DNA of 64,000 bases, taken from Cirrosporium novae-zelandiae. Taxonomy: Eukaryota. The stretch spans positions 62,001 through 126,000 of the forward strand of contig JAPETS010000010.1 in NCBI GenBank assembly GCA_026023565.1, written 5' to 3'. The notes beneath the pieces are model-generated. The model did no database searches and was not told the origin of the DNA. It saw only the letters and a list, made by a program, of their open reading frames with translations. The position numbers were made by a program, and so were the translations under genes. Shown in pieces: positions 53,596 through 64,000 of this stretch; within the stretch, counting starts at the first letter, position 1, and every line of letters starts with the position of its first letter.

Positions 53596-55033
53596 ATGAT
53601 GAACCGACTTCGTGGTGCCTTGAAGCGCCAACAATCCTATGAACCTTTAGAAAATGATCCTGAGATACAAGATGATGAATATGATGAATCTATTGAGGAG
53701 GGTTCCATGAAGAACCAGTTTGCTTGGATAGAGTACTCGGTCTTCCTGCTGGTCGGGGTAGCCATGCTCTGGGCCTGGTAACTATGACTGTACAATAATA
53801 GGCACAAGTAGTGAGGATGCTGATTTTGCGCTTTCGCTAGGAATATGTTCATGGCAGCAGCTCCATACTTCCAACGTCGATTCAAGCATAGCCCCTGGAT
53901 ATTATCCAACTTTCAGTCTGCAATCCTTTCCGTATCAACCATTACCAACCTGAGCTCGATGCTCATCCTTACAAACCTCCAAGCCAAGGCCTCATACCCG
54001 AAACGTATTTCATCGTCTCTCGTGATAAATATTGTTACATTTACATTTTTGGCTTTATCTACAACCTTTTTCCGCGATATACCAGAGGGTGTATATTTTG
54101 TCTTTCTGCTGTTGACGGTAGCTGCAGCGAGTTTTGCATCAGCCTTGAGTCAGAATGGACTCTTCTCATATGCTTCGGGTTTTGGGAGGCCGGAATACAC
54201 CCAAGCAATTATGACGGGACAGGGACTCGCCGGCGTACTTCCCTGTGTTGCGCGTATGTAACTCAAGCAGGTTGTTGTAAGGGGTGATGCTGACCATGGC
54301 TTTAGAGATACTCTCTGTCATCTCGGTATCTGAAAATGATGCTCTAGGTGACTCGCCTCCAGTGCACACGAGTTCTGCATTTGCATATTTCCTTACTGCG
54401 ACATTGATATCAGCATTTGCGCTGGGCTCATTCGTCTGGCTTCATCATCACCAAACTCCTGAAGATCACCCATCCAAACTGTCTACCGACGAATCTTCAT
54501 CTTTACCTCATACACCCGTATCACTCCTCACCCTCTTCTTCAAACTCCGTTACCTCGCTCTGGGAATATTTCTCTGCTTTGGTGTAACGATGTCATTCCC
54601 GGTCTTCACCACCGAAATCCTCAGTATCCATCCAGACTCTCGACCTGGAGTCTTCATTCCGTTGGCATTCCTTCTCTGGAACCTAGGCGACTTTATTGGC
54701 CGGATCATTACCATATCCCCAGTTTTTGTCATCCATCACCGTCCTTCTATACTCTTCATCTTTTCCATCGCTCGTACTGCATTCGTTCCGCTCTACCTTC
54801 TCTGCAATATTGGTGGTCATGGTGCCATCATTCAGAGTGACTTTTTCTACCTCGTCATCATACAATTCTTCTTCGGCCTGAGTAACGGCTGGCTGTCAAG
54901 CAACTGTATGATGGGAGCAGGAGAATGGGTCAATGTAGAGGAGAGGGAAGCTGCAGGCGGGTTTATGGGATTGATGCTTGTATCAGGGTTGACGGTGGGG
55001 AGTCTGGCAAGCTTTCTGATTGGTGGGGATTAA
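53596..55033 (+). CDS. Equilibrative nucleoside transporter (Fun26-like)
   Basis: FLLVGVAMLWAW-NMFMAAAPYF; LSQNGLF; YTQAIMTGQGLAGVLP; NLGDFIGR; FFGLSNGW; REAAGGFMGLMLVSGLTVGSLASF. Confidence 0.93.
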
Positions 55034-55806
55034 TCATCAGATGGTGATTGGACATGGATATTCCTTAGATTATATGTCAATACGAAAACATATCCTGTGT
55101 GCTAGTATCAATCATAGCATTTCCATGTCTAGCTAGAGGAATGCAGGCCCAAAATATCTATGGAAGATGCTGTAGCACAACAGAATGCCAACCTTCAGTA
55201 GTGCCAGCATATAGATTGTATGCCACTGATATACGGGTAAACACCAAAGGGACCTTTATGTGTTAAGGATTCTATTGGCGTTAGCACATGGACTGAAATT
55301 ATCTATAGAAGTGGTTTGTATTGGAGTTATTGGCATTGATAATTGGCGAAACTAAGCTTTCTAGATCTGTTTTGTTATTCAACTGATATAATTTATTACG
55401 GTATCGATATGTATTTCTCTTCCAAGCGTGTGCTACATATTATGATGAATACACAAGTACGTGTTCTACCGAATCAAGTTGTTGAAATTCCAACCCAACT
55501 CAACCCAACCGTTGCCCTTAGTCAATATCCTGCTTCACCGAAATAGCCAATATACCGAACTCGCAACTTTGAAAGAAAAACCCATGACCTTAACCAAGTT
55601 GACTTACTAAAGTCCAAGGCAAGTTAAACTCAACTAAGAATTGTTGGCCAAACTCCACGTCTACATCTACATCTACATCTACAAAGCTCAAAACCTCTCA
55701 AACAAAATAAGAGGCCCCCCCCAATTAAATTAAAGAGCCTCAATACCAGCACCCAAAGACAGTAACAGCATTTTGCCATCAACTTAACGAACTCTGCCAT
55801 CCTACG

Positions 55807-56342
55807 AAAACCCCCTTAAGGGGGATTTTGCTCTACCCTACGCTAATGGGAGGTTATTCTATAAAGGAATGGGAAACTACTTGTCTACCCTGGGAGTTGA
55901 ACGGCGAGACTACGGAGGGATCGGTCGCTACTCCCGGAAGCCCTGGCACTGTGGTGATTGGTGGCAGGGGGTGGCAAGGGGTGGGAATTTTACCGAGTGT
56001 GTGTGTGTGAGGGGTCTATGGCTAGAGTCTACACCACCACGGGGTTTCCGGTTAGAGGATTATTACCTTACAATAGTAGATAAGGGGTCCCTTGTGTGCA
56101 CTCTGAGGGTGCACATTGCACGGACATCGGAATGAATAGGATTGGGTGGTGAGGTGAGGTATCACATTGAAATGGAATGATGAGTTGGGGGGAGAGGGGC
56201 GGAGAATGGGAAGGGGGGTGTTGATTGGTTGGTCGGCGATTGGGTTGGTTAGGTCTGTGAGAGATTGGTTAGGCTCGTGGGCTCATTCGGTCTTGGAAGG
56301 GGTGAATCCCCTCAAGTTCGAATGAGTCCACTGAGCTTTTTG
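55807..56342 (+). other. Non-coding tract with many predicted helices; candidate structured RNA of unknown class
   Basis: At least six helices found by eye (see findings), with mismatches mostly G-U on the + strand; ends in a long hairpin followed by T6. Confidence 0.3.
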
Positions 56343-56889
56343 TTATTTTTTCTGTTCTATTCTTATTAATTTACAGTAGCTTGTCTATTTTATTTTGTGG
56401 GGTTTGATTTTGTTTTCATTATTTTGGTCTTGCTGTTCTACCGTTTGGTGATGATGATGGGATTGTTACTTGTGTGTGAAATTGGGGCTCTGGCGGGGGG
56501 GGTGCTTGAAGGGTTTCTTTGGAGGGGAGAAGGGGTTTGTCTTTATTGGATTGCATTTATTTCTTTCGCTTTTTCTCTGAAAAAAAAACAGAATCACTGG
56601 TAGGCTATCTATCCTCCTTTTTTTCGGAGCAACATGGACTGAAGACTCTTTTCTCTCCATCTTCCATTGTCATGGTGAAAAGTTGTGACGGTATGAAAGA
56701 AGGAAAGATGGCTATCACTTAAACCACAAACAGTTCATTCCCTAAGCTAGCTCGTGCTATATAGTCCTCATATAGATCCATACCATCTCAACGCCAGAAA
56801 ATAAGCATCCAAATACAAGAGATACCCAATCCTTTACCATAGATGCTTCATTATATTATGGCGACATGCTTACCATCCCATCTACACTC

Positions 56890-57279
56890 CTAGGATCGCC
56901 TTTCCTGGAGTATTAGTCCAACTGCTTCGGAGAATATAGTCGGCAGGCAGGTCAAACAAATCCTATCATCTGGCGGCCATGTTTTCATCCAACGGAAGAA
57001 CTCTATTGCTTCTTCCACAGTGAACTTCTTGGTTCGGTTGACGAGCATGTTGTGGAAGTGGCAGTTTACTTGCTTCATGGTGTAGAGATCTGTTGGCTCA
57101 AGGTAGGATGCGATGTGATCGATAACCTCGAGGGGGAGTTTGAGAATGGGACATGATGACCGTTCTTGGGGATGATTTCTTTTTGCTGCTGCTGGCCTTA
57201 TGGAATGTTCTGAAGGAGGGGATATGCTGCTGTGTTGTTCTGAAGAAGAGGATGTGCTAGTGTGTTGGCTCGACGACAT
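56890..57279 (-). CDS. Small F-box domain protein (3' end uncertain, possibly truncated)
   Basis: PILKLPLEVIDHIASYLEPTDLYTMKQVNCHFHNML F-box motif followed by ICLTC. Confidence 0.65.
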   Translation of the reverse strand: MSSSQHTSTSSSSEQHSSISPPSEHSIRPAAAKRNHPQERSSCPILKLPLEVIDHIASYLEPTDLYTMKQVNCHFHNMLVNRTKKFTVEEAIEFFRWMKTWPPDDRICLTCLPTIFSEAVGLILQERRS

Positions 57280-58961
57280 TTTCGCTGTCTTAAGATGGGA
57301 TTTGTTTCGACGGGTGATATGAGAAAAAGGCTGGCTAGAAGACTGAAAATGAATAATATCTTGCTGATGGCTTTAAAGTCGTTAGAAGGTAGGTAGAGGC
57401 AAGACGTTTTGTTGGTTGTTCTTTGGGGGGGCAAGGGAGCTGGTTCTTATAGTGATTTTTCGAAGGGTGACGGGCTACTGAAGAGGAAAGTTTGGGGAAA
57501 CTCCGAAGAAAAACTCTAGAGAAAATACTCCCCAGCGCAGTTCAAAATCAGGGCTAGCGGCTAATATGAGGGAAACACAACTCGCCACTCAGAATAACCA
57601 GAACTTGAAATAAGGAATTTCTATAAGCTACCATCATTGACTTACAACCCTAATCAGGAGCAAGTTAGATGGCTACCGAGACATATCATTACCATATTTT
57701 ACCGCATCAATCTGCACAAGACTCCTCTTTCCCTTTCACCTGTAAAACAATACCGAATAAATCAATCCACAAAAAAATCTCATCACCCCAAGGGGTGCTA
57801 GCATATACCTATAAGCTTTCATTTAGTTGCCAAAGCTCATTTCTTTCTTCCACAAATAATATACCCGTGTAAAGCGTGAGTCTGTCGAGCCTTCGGACCC
57901 AGCTCAAGTAGTGAGCAATACGGGCTCTCTCGTGGCCGAGTTGGTAGACAGCACAAAAAGCTCAGTCCGTAATAGAAGGGTGTTTACCATTGGATGGATC
58001 CGGCGTTTCGGAAGACTAGGAGTCCAACTCCCCTTGCCAACTCCCCCTGGCTCGTCACTGCTACTTCCAAAAAAATTTTCTTTTTTTTCTTTCTCTTTTC
58101 TATCCTGCAGAATAGCAAAATGGCGCAAATGTGGTGGTGACCTTGCTAAGAATCTGTTCTAATAAAACATTAGCCCTAGCTATCTTAACTCTTATTAACA
58201 TCCATCTACTCACTTGCCTCCTCCCTCTTTCATTCTTCCTCCCAAGGTTCCTTTTATTTTCATTTCGATTCCCTATCATGTGACTTTCCCTCATATATGC
58301 CCCCCCGTTATTCCTGTTATTTATAACTTTTCCATTATCCTTTGTTATAATTTTTAATATAATCACTTTGGAAAAAAATATATAAAAGTTGTTTTATTCA
58401 TATCATTGACGTTCCTAAGATTAAGCACTTTAAATAAGCTTAAATTTAAGTGCAGTGGATACCTGCATGCCTAGACCCCAATGACGTGCTTATCTAGCGG
58501 CTACAAGTATGTTTGTTTGTTCTATTTGTTCTACTCCAAGTTCTTCGAGTAACGTTACTTGGCTCCCACGCGAAACCAAGATCTACATGTGCATGTAGAT
58601 GAGCCAAAAGATAGCCAAAACCTCCTTCTGAGCAAAGCAATGGCATGATTGAACTCTAATTTCGTCAAAGTTGAAACACGCTCCTAATTCAACTACAAGC
58701 TCGATGGGTAGCGTTTTGGTATAGAGCCTTATCCTCTATTGAACTACAGGATTCAACTTATAAACCTACCTTCCCACACGCACTCTTCGTCCTTCTTCTT
58801 CCCCTACTCATCGAGCTTCAGACACCGTCAATACGACAATATATCTTTAACCAAATTTTGCTGTGAATTTATTACGTTCTTACACGAACCATCCGTCCTG
58901 CGTTGATACCCTCCAACCTTTATTCTTGCTCTCTCATCTACTGGATATACTACGAGCAAGC

Positions 58962-60240
58962 ATGAGTAACGTACATAATATAGTAAGCCTCTACTTGCCT
59001 TATGCACACATGAATTGTATAAAGATATCATGATGAATTAATTATTTCAAACAGACTGACTCGATGTGCATCCTCGTCATGAGTCTTATGGGGTGGGCAA
59101 AAGCACGTTCACCCAGAAAGCAACCGGGGATACAACTATTGAAATTGGGCACATTAGAGACAGTTGTAAGCTAAGCTATATTATTTGTAACGTTCAAAAC
59201 TAAGTCAAGTCTATATGACAGGCACCAGATAAATTACTAGTTACGATCTCGACTCTTCTGACCAACCATCGGGGTTACTCTGATCGATTCCCCAGGATTT
59301 GATGACGTCACTGAAGGTGATGTACGTCTTATTCAAAATATTCCCGAGTGGGTCAATAGAATATATTCTAACGGTATTTGAATATCCGGTGTGCTCCATT
59401 TCTAAGACATCAATTGTCTTAGAATTAAAGGGTCACAACTCCGGAACCTGCAGATGCTTCCAGGCCTTATCTCCTAAAGCGTCTTCCAATGGCCCACGCT
59501 GGTAGGGATGTCATGTAGGGATTATAATAGGTCAGATAACCATTTTCAGGCAGAGTCACGTATCAAGTTCATTGATGAATAACATTGAGCCTCAAGATCT
59601 TATCATTGGACCAATTGACCTTTTAGCATTACCCCTACTAGTGTGGGCCATTGCAAGACGCTTTAGGAGATAGGTACTGATAAATTTAAATTTCTAACCC
59701 TGGTAACTACCCATTAGAGTTCTACAGGTGACAAATGCAGAGCAGAGAGACTTGGGAGGCAATTAATAGGTTATTAAAAATACTAGGGGCGATCCTTGAT
59801 AGGGTTCAAGCACGCAACAACAGTGCAGTTCGATAACACCCCTGAGTCAGCTTTGGAGATTAATCGCCCTATCTTAGCCCAAAAGTTTATCCCCAGAATC
59901 ACTCAAGAAATGATGAATGACCATTTGCCGTTTGATGAAACCACGGCAGGAGCCGCTATAAAACAGCTTGGAAAAGAGTTCAGTGAAAAGATAGAAGCAC
60001 TAAAAAAGACAATGATAGAGCACTAAAATGCCGAGATCGAATGGATATGCACTCAATTCGACGCACAATTAAAGACGTTTAACGAAGAACAGAAGCAGGA
60101 AAATGCAGAGATCGAACAGATCTGTGAAGAGCAGCCTCGATCTGATGCACAATTTTGGGAGCAGAGCAGCAGGGAATCAGATTCTCAGAAGAGGGGTGAC
60201 TTGATAATAAGGGCAAAGCTTTATGGACTCGGAGTTGCCT
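58962..60240 (+). pseudogene. AIG1/MMR_HSR1-like P-loop GTPase with coiled-coil tail, pseudogenised
   Basis: MSNVHNI-intron-TDSMCILVMSL/GVGKSTF (1-nt frameshift in Walker A); IGH...SC-T; LLIDSPGFDD; I*ISGVLHF*DI...RIKGSQLRNLQML; LVTTH*; FDNTPESALEI; several stops. End coordinate approximate. Confidence 0.8.
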
Positions 60241-60626
60241 AAATCGTCTGAATCGGATGCTGCCACTCTTGATGGAAGTGACCAGGAAACTAGTGTATGA
60301 TCTAGTAGTAGTCCTTTAGATTTCAAAGGAGGTGAATATTGAAAACGGAAGTAACCTAAGATAGGCTTCAACACTTTAGCAATGATTGCTCATTCAATTG
60401 GGCACTTTATTTCAGAAAAGAGAACAGCCCAAAGTAAATGAAGTAGCAAAAGGAAGAGGCCGATGGACCGGACCGAGAGGTTACGAAAGGAGATATTTAG
60501 GCATCCATCACCTTTAGTTATCTAACGATCCCCCTCAGTTATCCAGCGGCACCTGTCCTACCTTGATGCTACGAACTTGACTCCAGGAAACTCGAACTTT
60601 TATTAATGCTACTATCCGCGTATGAC

Positions 60627-60786
60627 TGTTACGGGTTGGTCGTACAAAGTATCTAGGTTAATTACGTAGTGATGAATGTCAGTTCCAGAATATTCTCTAG
60701 TCCTGAATCTCTAGAGGAGAATAAGTAGGAGCAAAGGTTTCTATTGGTTTATACAAGAAACAACAACCCCGCTAGTCTGTGTAACA
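60627..60786. mobile_element. Possible 160-bp solo LTR
   Basis: TGTTAC...GTAACA inverted termini; flanks ATGAC/ATACC only partly match. Confidence 0.35.
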
Positions 60787-61455
60787 ATACCGATTTGTCC
60801 TGTAATAAAAAACCTGAATAATTCACATAAAATTCTCACGCCTTAAAGAGGTTAGCATACCATTTAGCTGCATAACTTATTTATAACCGACCTATAACAT
60901 GTCACCTATAATTATTCCGAACCATCTAATCATCTCTTATGATATTATTCTAGATCGTCTATGTCGAGTGGCAGCCACTCAGACATGGAGTAACGTCTTT
61001 CTCATGTGTGGCGTTCTGCGATTTCAATTCTCCATGCAATACAACTCTGTATGCTATGATAAAATATCTGCGTCGTGGCTTTTTCTTGCAAAGTGATTTC
61101 CCGCGAGTAAAAGATTTTCACTATACAACCCAGCTTCTAATTCCTTGACAGTGAGGATGCAATGACAGTTGTTGAATTTTTCTTCCGTGCTTACGGTAAA
61201 ACGCCTCTTTTTTTTTGTGTATAAAAGCAAAATTATGATTGATTTCCCCGGCCGCAGTGGTAAGCCGAAAGGTGATTCATTTCTTTTTTCCTCTGATATA
61301 AATATCTATCATTTATCCCTTTGTCGGTTGGAAAAAAACATGTCTTTGTGTATTTGTTTGTAGCATCATCATCATCATTTCAACAACCAGAACGTTGAAC
61401 TTTTGAAAGAAAACAAAAAAGTGTTCGAACTCTTTTTTTTTTCTTTTTGGAGATC

Positions 61456-61983
61456 ATGACTTCCTCAGGTCTAGTCACATTTGATAGCAAGGTGTTGTGG
61501 AGGTTACGGTGGATCCAACCTCGGGATCCGGTAACAGGGGCGCCGATGATGGACCTGACAGAGACGCCCGAGACCAGCGGCAGGGGCAAATACGCCTCAG
61601 TGGCGGTGGGCGACATCCTGCTCTTCGAGTTCCGAGTCGTCTGTTGGAGAAACACGGATCCCCCCATTGAAGAGCACCATGCCGACTGGTCTTTCTCGGT
61701 TGGTTACATAAATATCCATCAAGACCCCACCGCCGGTCAGCAGCAGCAACAGGAGTATATGTTTGACATTGAGGCGGAGATCCCCTACGGCTCGTACCGG
61801 TTCGAGGTTATCCTTTACGGCAGAACCGTGCAGAATCCAAAGAGGTGGAACCTCGGTTATTATCTCTCCGATACTATCTGTTTGATGTATGTGTATGAAT
61901 TTTCACTCTACCCATTCAATAATTAATTAATTTTTTGTTGCAGGTGTATCCCACCACAGCCCTTGGCCCAGACAGACGACTGA
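61456..61983 (+). CDS. Hypothetical beta-strand-rich protein (about 150 aa)
   Basis: GC-rich ORF in AT-rich surroundings, ATG at 61456, probable terminal intron ending TTGCAG at 61942; no family firmly recognised; splice phase and stop uncertain. Confidence 0.55.
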
Positions 61984-62452
61984 TAACACTTTTAAAAAGC
62001 AATCAAGAAAAAAAAAGCATGACAGATGGACGAACAGACCGCTCATAGTCATTATATTCATGCTCATGCCATGATTTTTCAATCTAGTTACATATTTTTT
62101 TTTTTACATCAAAACAAAATAAACCCAAAATCTTCTTTGGAAATTCATGTTGGGATTCCGGGCAAAAAATATCATTAGCTTGTTATGTGTGTGTGTGTGC
62201 GGTTCGGACTTACTTGGTTGTTGTAGATGGGGAGAAAAAAAGATAATTATAAAAATATTTAACCTCCGAACAAGCATGTTTATTACCAAAGGAGGGGAGA
62301 GGAGGAGGAGGAGTGGGAACAGCGAAGTTATACACACCCAAATACACCCAACCCAAATTCCAAATTCTAATTCAAAAGCACTAGCTCTGAAGCATATCTT
62401 CCCCTCCCTCCCTTTTTTCCCTTCTTTCTTTTAGCTTTAAGATTCAATTTGG

Positions 62453-62487
<35 letters not shown>

Positions 62488-62544
62488 AGGGTAATCAAAC
62501 CCATCTCATCTCATTCCTTCACCACTCCACTACTTCACCATGCT

Positions 62545-63362
62545 ACATACACACACACACACATACACACAAGATCAAGATATTTATACATTTATATTCA
62601 AATATTCAAATATTCAACCATTCAAGAGAGCTTGAACTTGCAACTGGAACTGCAATTACCTATATGATTGTATTACGGGAGGTTGGAGGAATTTACCTAC
62701 ATACACATATACATAAATATCTCTATCCCCTCCCCCCTTATCTCTCTCTACCCAGAGTATCCAACACACCCTATCGCATTCCTTTTCTACGATACATACA
62801 TACACACCAGCAACGAGAATAGACCAAACCAAATAGACGGTCTGACACCGATCGACCAGGCAGACCAGACCGAGGGCCTTGGTCGGCTTGGTCTATTCCT
62901 TTCCCTGATACACACACAAAATATTTATTTATATTTATATTCCAATATTCAAGAGCTTGGATTTCCAACTGCAATAACCTATATAATTATATTACATTAC
63001 GATTGGGATGAACGAGAGGAGGGGGTGGGAGGTGATTATGGTGGTTGGGGGGGATTTACATATATACACATATACATACATATACACAGCAGACAAAGTG
63101 GTGAGTGGGTGAATGCAAATTTCATCACGGATGCTATATATCTATTTATCCATCCATACACGCACACACACACACAAGACATTTTATCTATATTCAAGAT
63201 TTTGAACCTCAACTTGAACTTTAAAGAGAGGAGGGGGTAATCGTGGTAGTTAGAGGGATTTTATATACACACATACACAGCATAGTAGACAAATGGAATG
63301 AGGATAGGTGAGTGGATGCAGATTTCATCACGGATGTTATAATCTATATCCATCCATACACA

Positions 63363-63398
<36 letters not shown>

Positions 63399-63715
63399 AG
63401 ATATTTATTTATTCATATTCGAATATTCAACCATTCAAGCTCCTCTTGAACCTGCAGTATGATTTCAAATCACCTTTTATAATTATTATCACAGAAATGA
63501 AAGAAGGGGGTGGGGTAATTATGGTGATTGGGGAGGAATTTACATATATATACACATACATATACATGTACATATACATGTACATATACATACATACCCA
63601 GAGTCGAAAAATGGAAAGGAGGTGCATGGATAGATGCAGATATTTCCTCAGAATTGTTGTCAAATTATCGTCAAATATTCGTCATATTTCGTCACGGATG
63701 TTATGTTATATATGC
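62545..63715. repeat. Degenerate tandem array of four 200-360 bp units
   Basis: Each unit runs (CA)n-CAAGA/CAAAA, TATTCAA..TTGAAC/TTGGAT, G-rich tract, ATTTAC/ATTTTA-(TACA)n; units 2-4 end with TCACGGATG. Confidence 0.75.
62808..62907. mobile_element. 100-bp hAT-type MITE copy
   Basis: CAGCAACGAGAATAGACCAAACC...GGCTTGGTCTATTCCTTTCCCTG; exact 8-bp direct repeat ATACACAC at 62800-62807 and 62908-62915. Confidence 0.88.
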
Positions 63716-64000
63716 TGGTAATGTATATTGGTATGTTAGTGTGGTGTATCTATCCGTGAATAAATAAATGAAAGGGGATATCTAAGGGATGGATGGATGG
63801 AAGCAGGCAGGTCTCCGTGTGTGTGTGTGTATGTGTGTGTTGGTGTGTGTGTTGGTGTGTGTGTTGGTGTGTGTGTGTGTATGGGAGTGGGTAATCCGAT
63901 CAGATCATATGGATCGGTTTTATAGTTAGATAGTTAGGTAGTTAAGTAGTATATTAGAGGTCTATACTATATTATAGATAAATACCTAGGTATAGACGAT

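Noticed and set aside
55850..56140. RNase P or RNase MRP RNA
   Set aside because: Helix order is loosely similar, but the P4 (CR-I/CR-V) complementarity and conserved motifs are not present.
57478..57501. CTGAAGA...GAAAC, hammerhead-like core
   Set aside because: Stem II cannot form and the flanking stems are absent.
57897..57972. HDV-like ribozyme fold (CCAGCTC/GAGTTGG, GGC-TCTCTCGTG-GCC)
   Set aside because: P1 does not start with G, and the J4/2 C-N-R-A motif is missing; the region is kept only as generically structured.

Overview
Eukaryotic DNA from a filamentous ascomycete (Pezizomycotina-type GT-AG introns, microsatellite-rich intergenic DNA). About 19 protein-coding loci can be supported. 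Intact conserved genes: amino-acid permease, Myb-like protein, stand-alone histone H4, metaxin/FAX-like GST, peroxisomal adenine-nucleotide carrier, a head-to-head acetate kinase/phosphoketolase pair, EBP-like protein, RING-ZZ-SH3 protein, haspin kinase and an equilibrative nucleoside transporter. Interspersed among them are five damaged genes, four from families associated with fungal non-self recognition (a giant NACHT-ankyrin NLR with one frameshift, a PNP_UDP-NACHT-ankyrin remnant, a SesA-like/ubiquitin-like gene, an AIG1-like GTPase) plus a Clr5-domain gene. A family of tiny hAT-type MITEs (5 copies, two with exact 8-bp target-site duplications), a perfect TA-flanked Tc1/mariner-type MITE, possible solo LTRs and a degenerate tandem array are visible. 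Two intergenic tracts (55.8-56.3 kb and 57.6-58.1 kb) have dense predicted base-pairing and are candidate unannotated structured RNAs. All family calls come from motif recognition by eye, not database searches. No tRNA, rRNA or CRISPR array was recognised.
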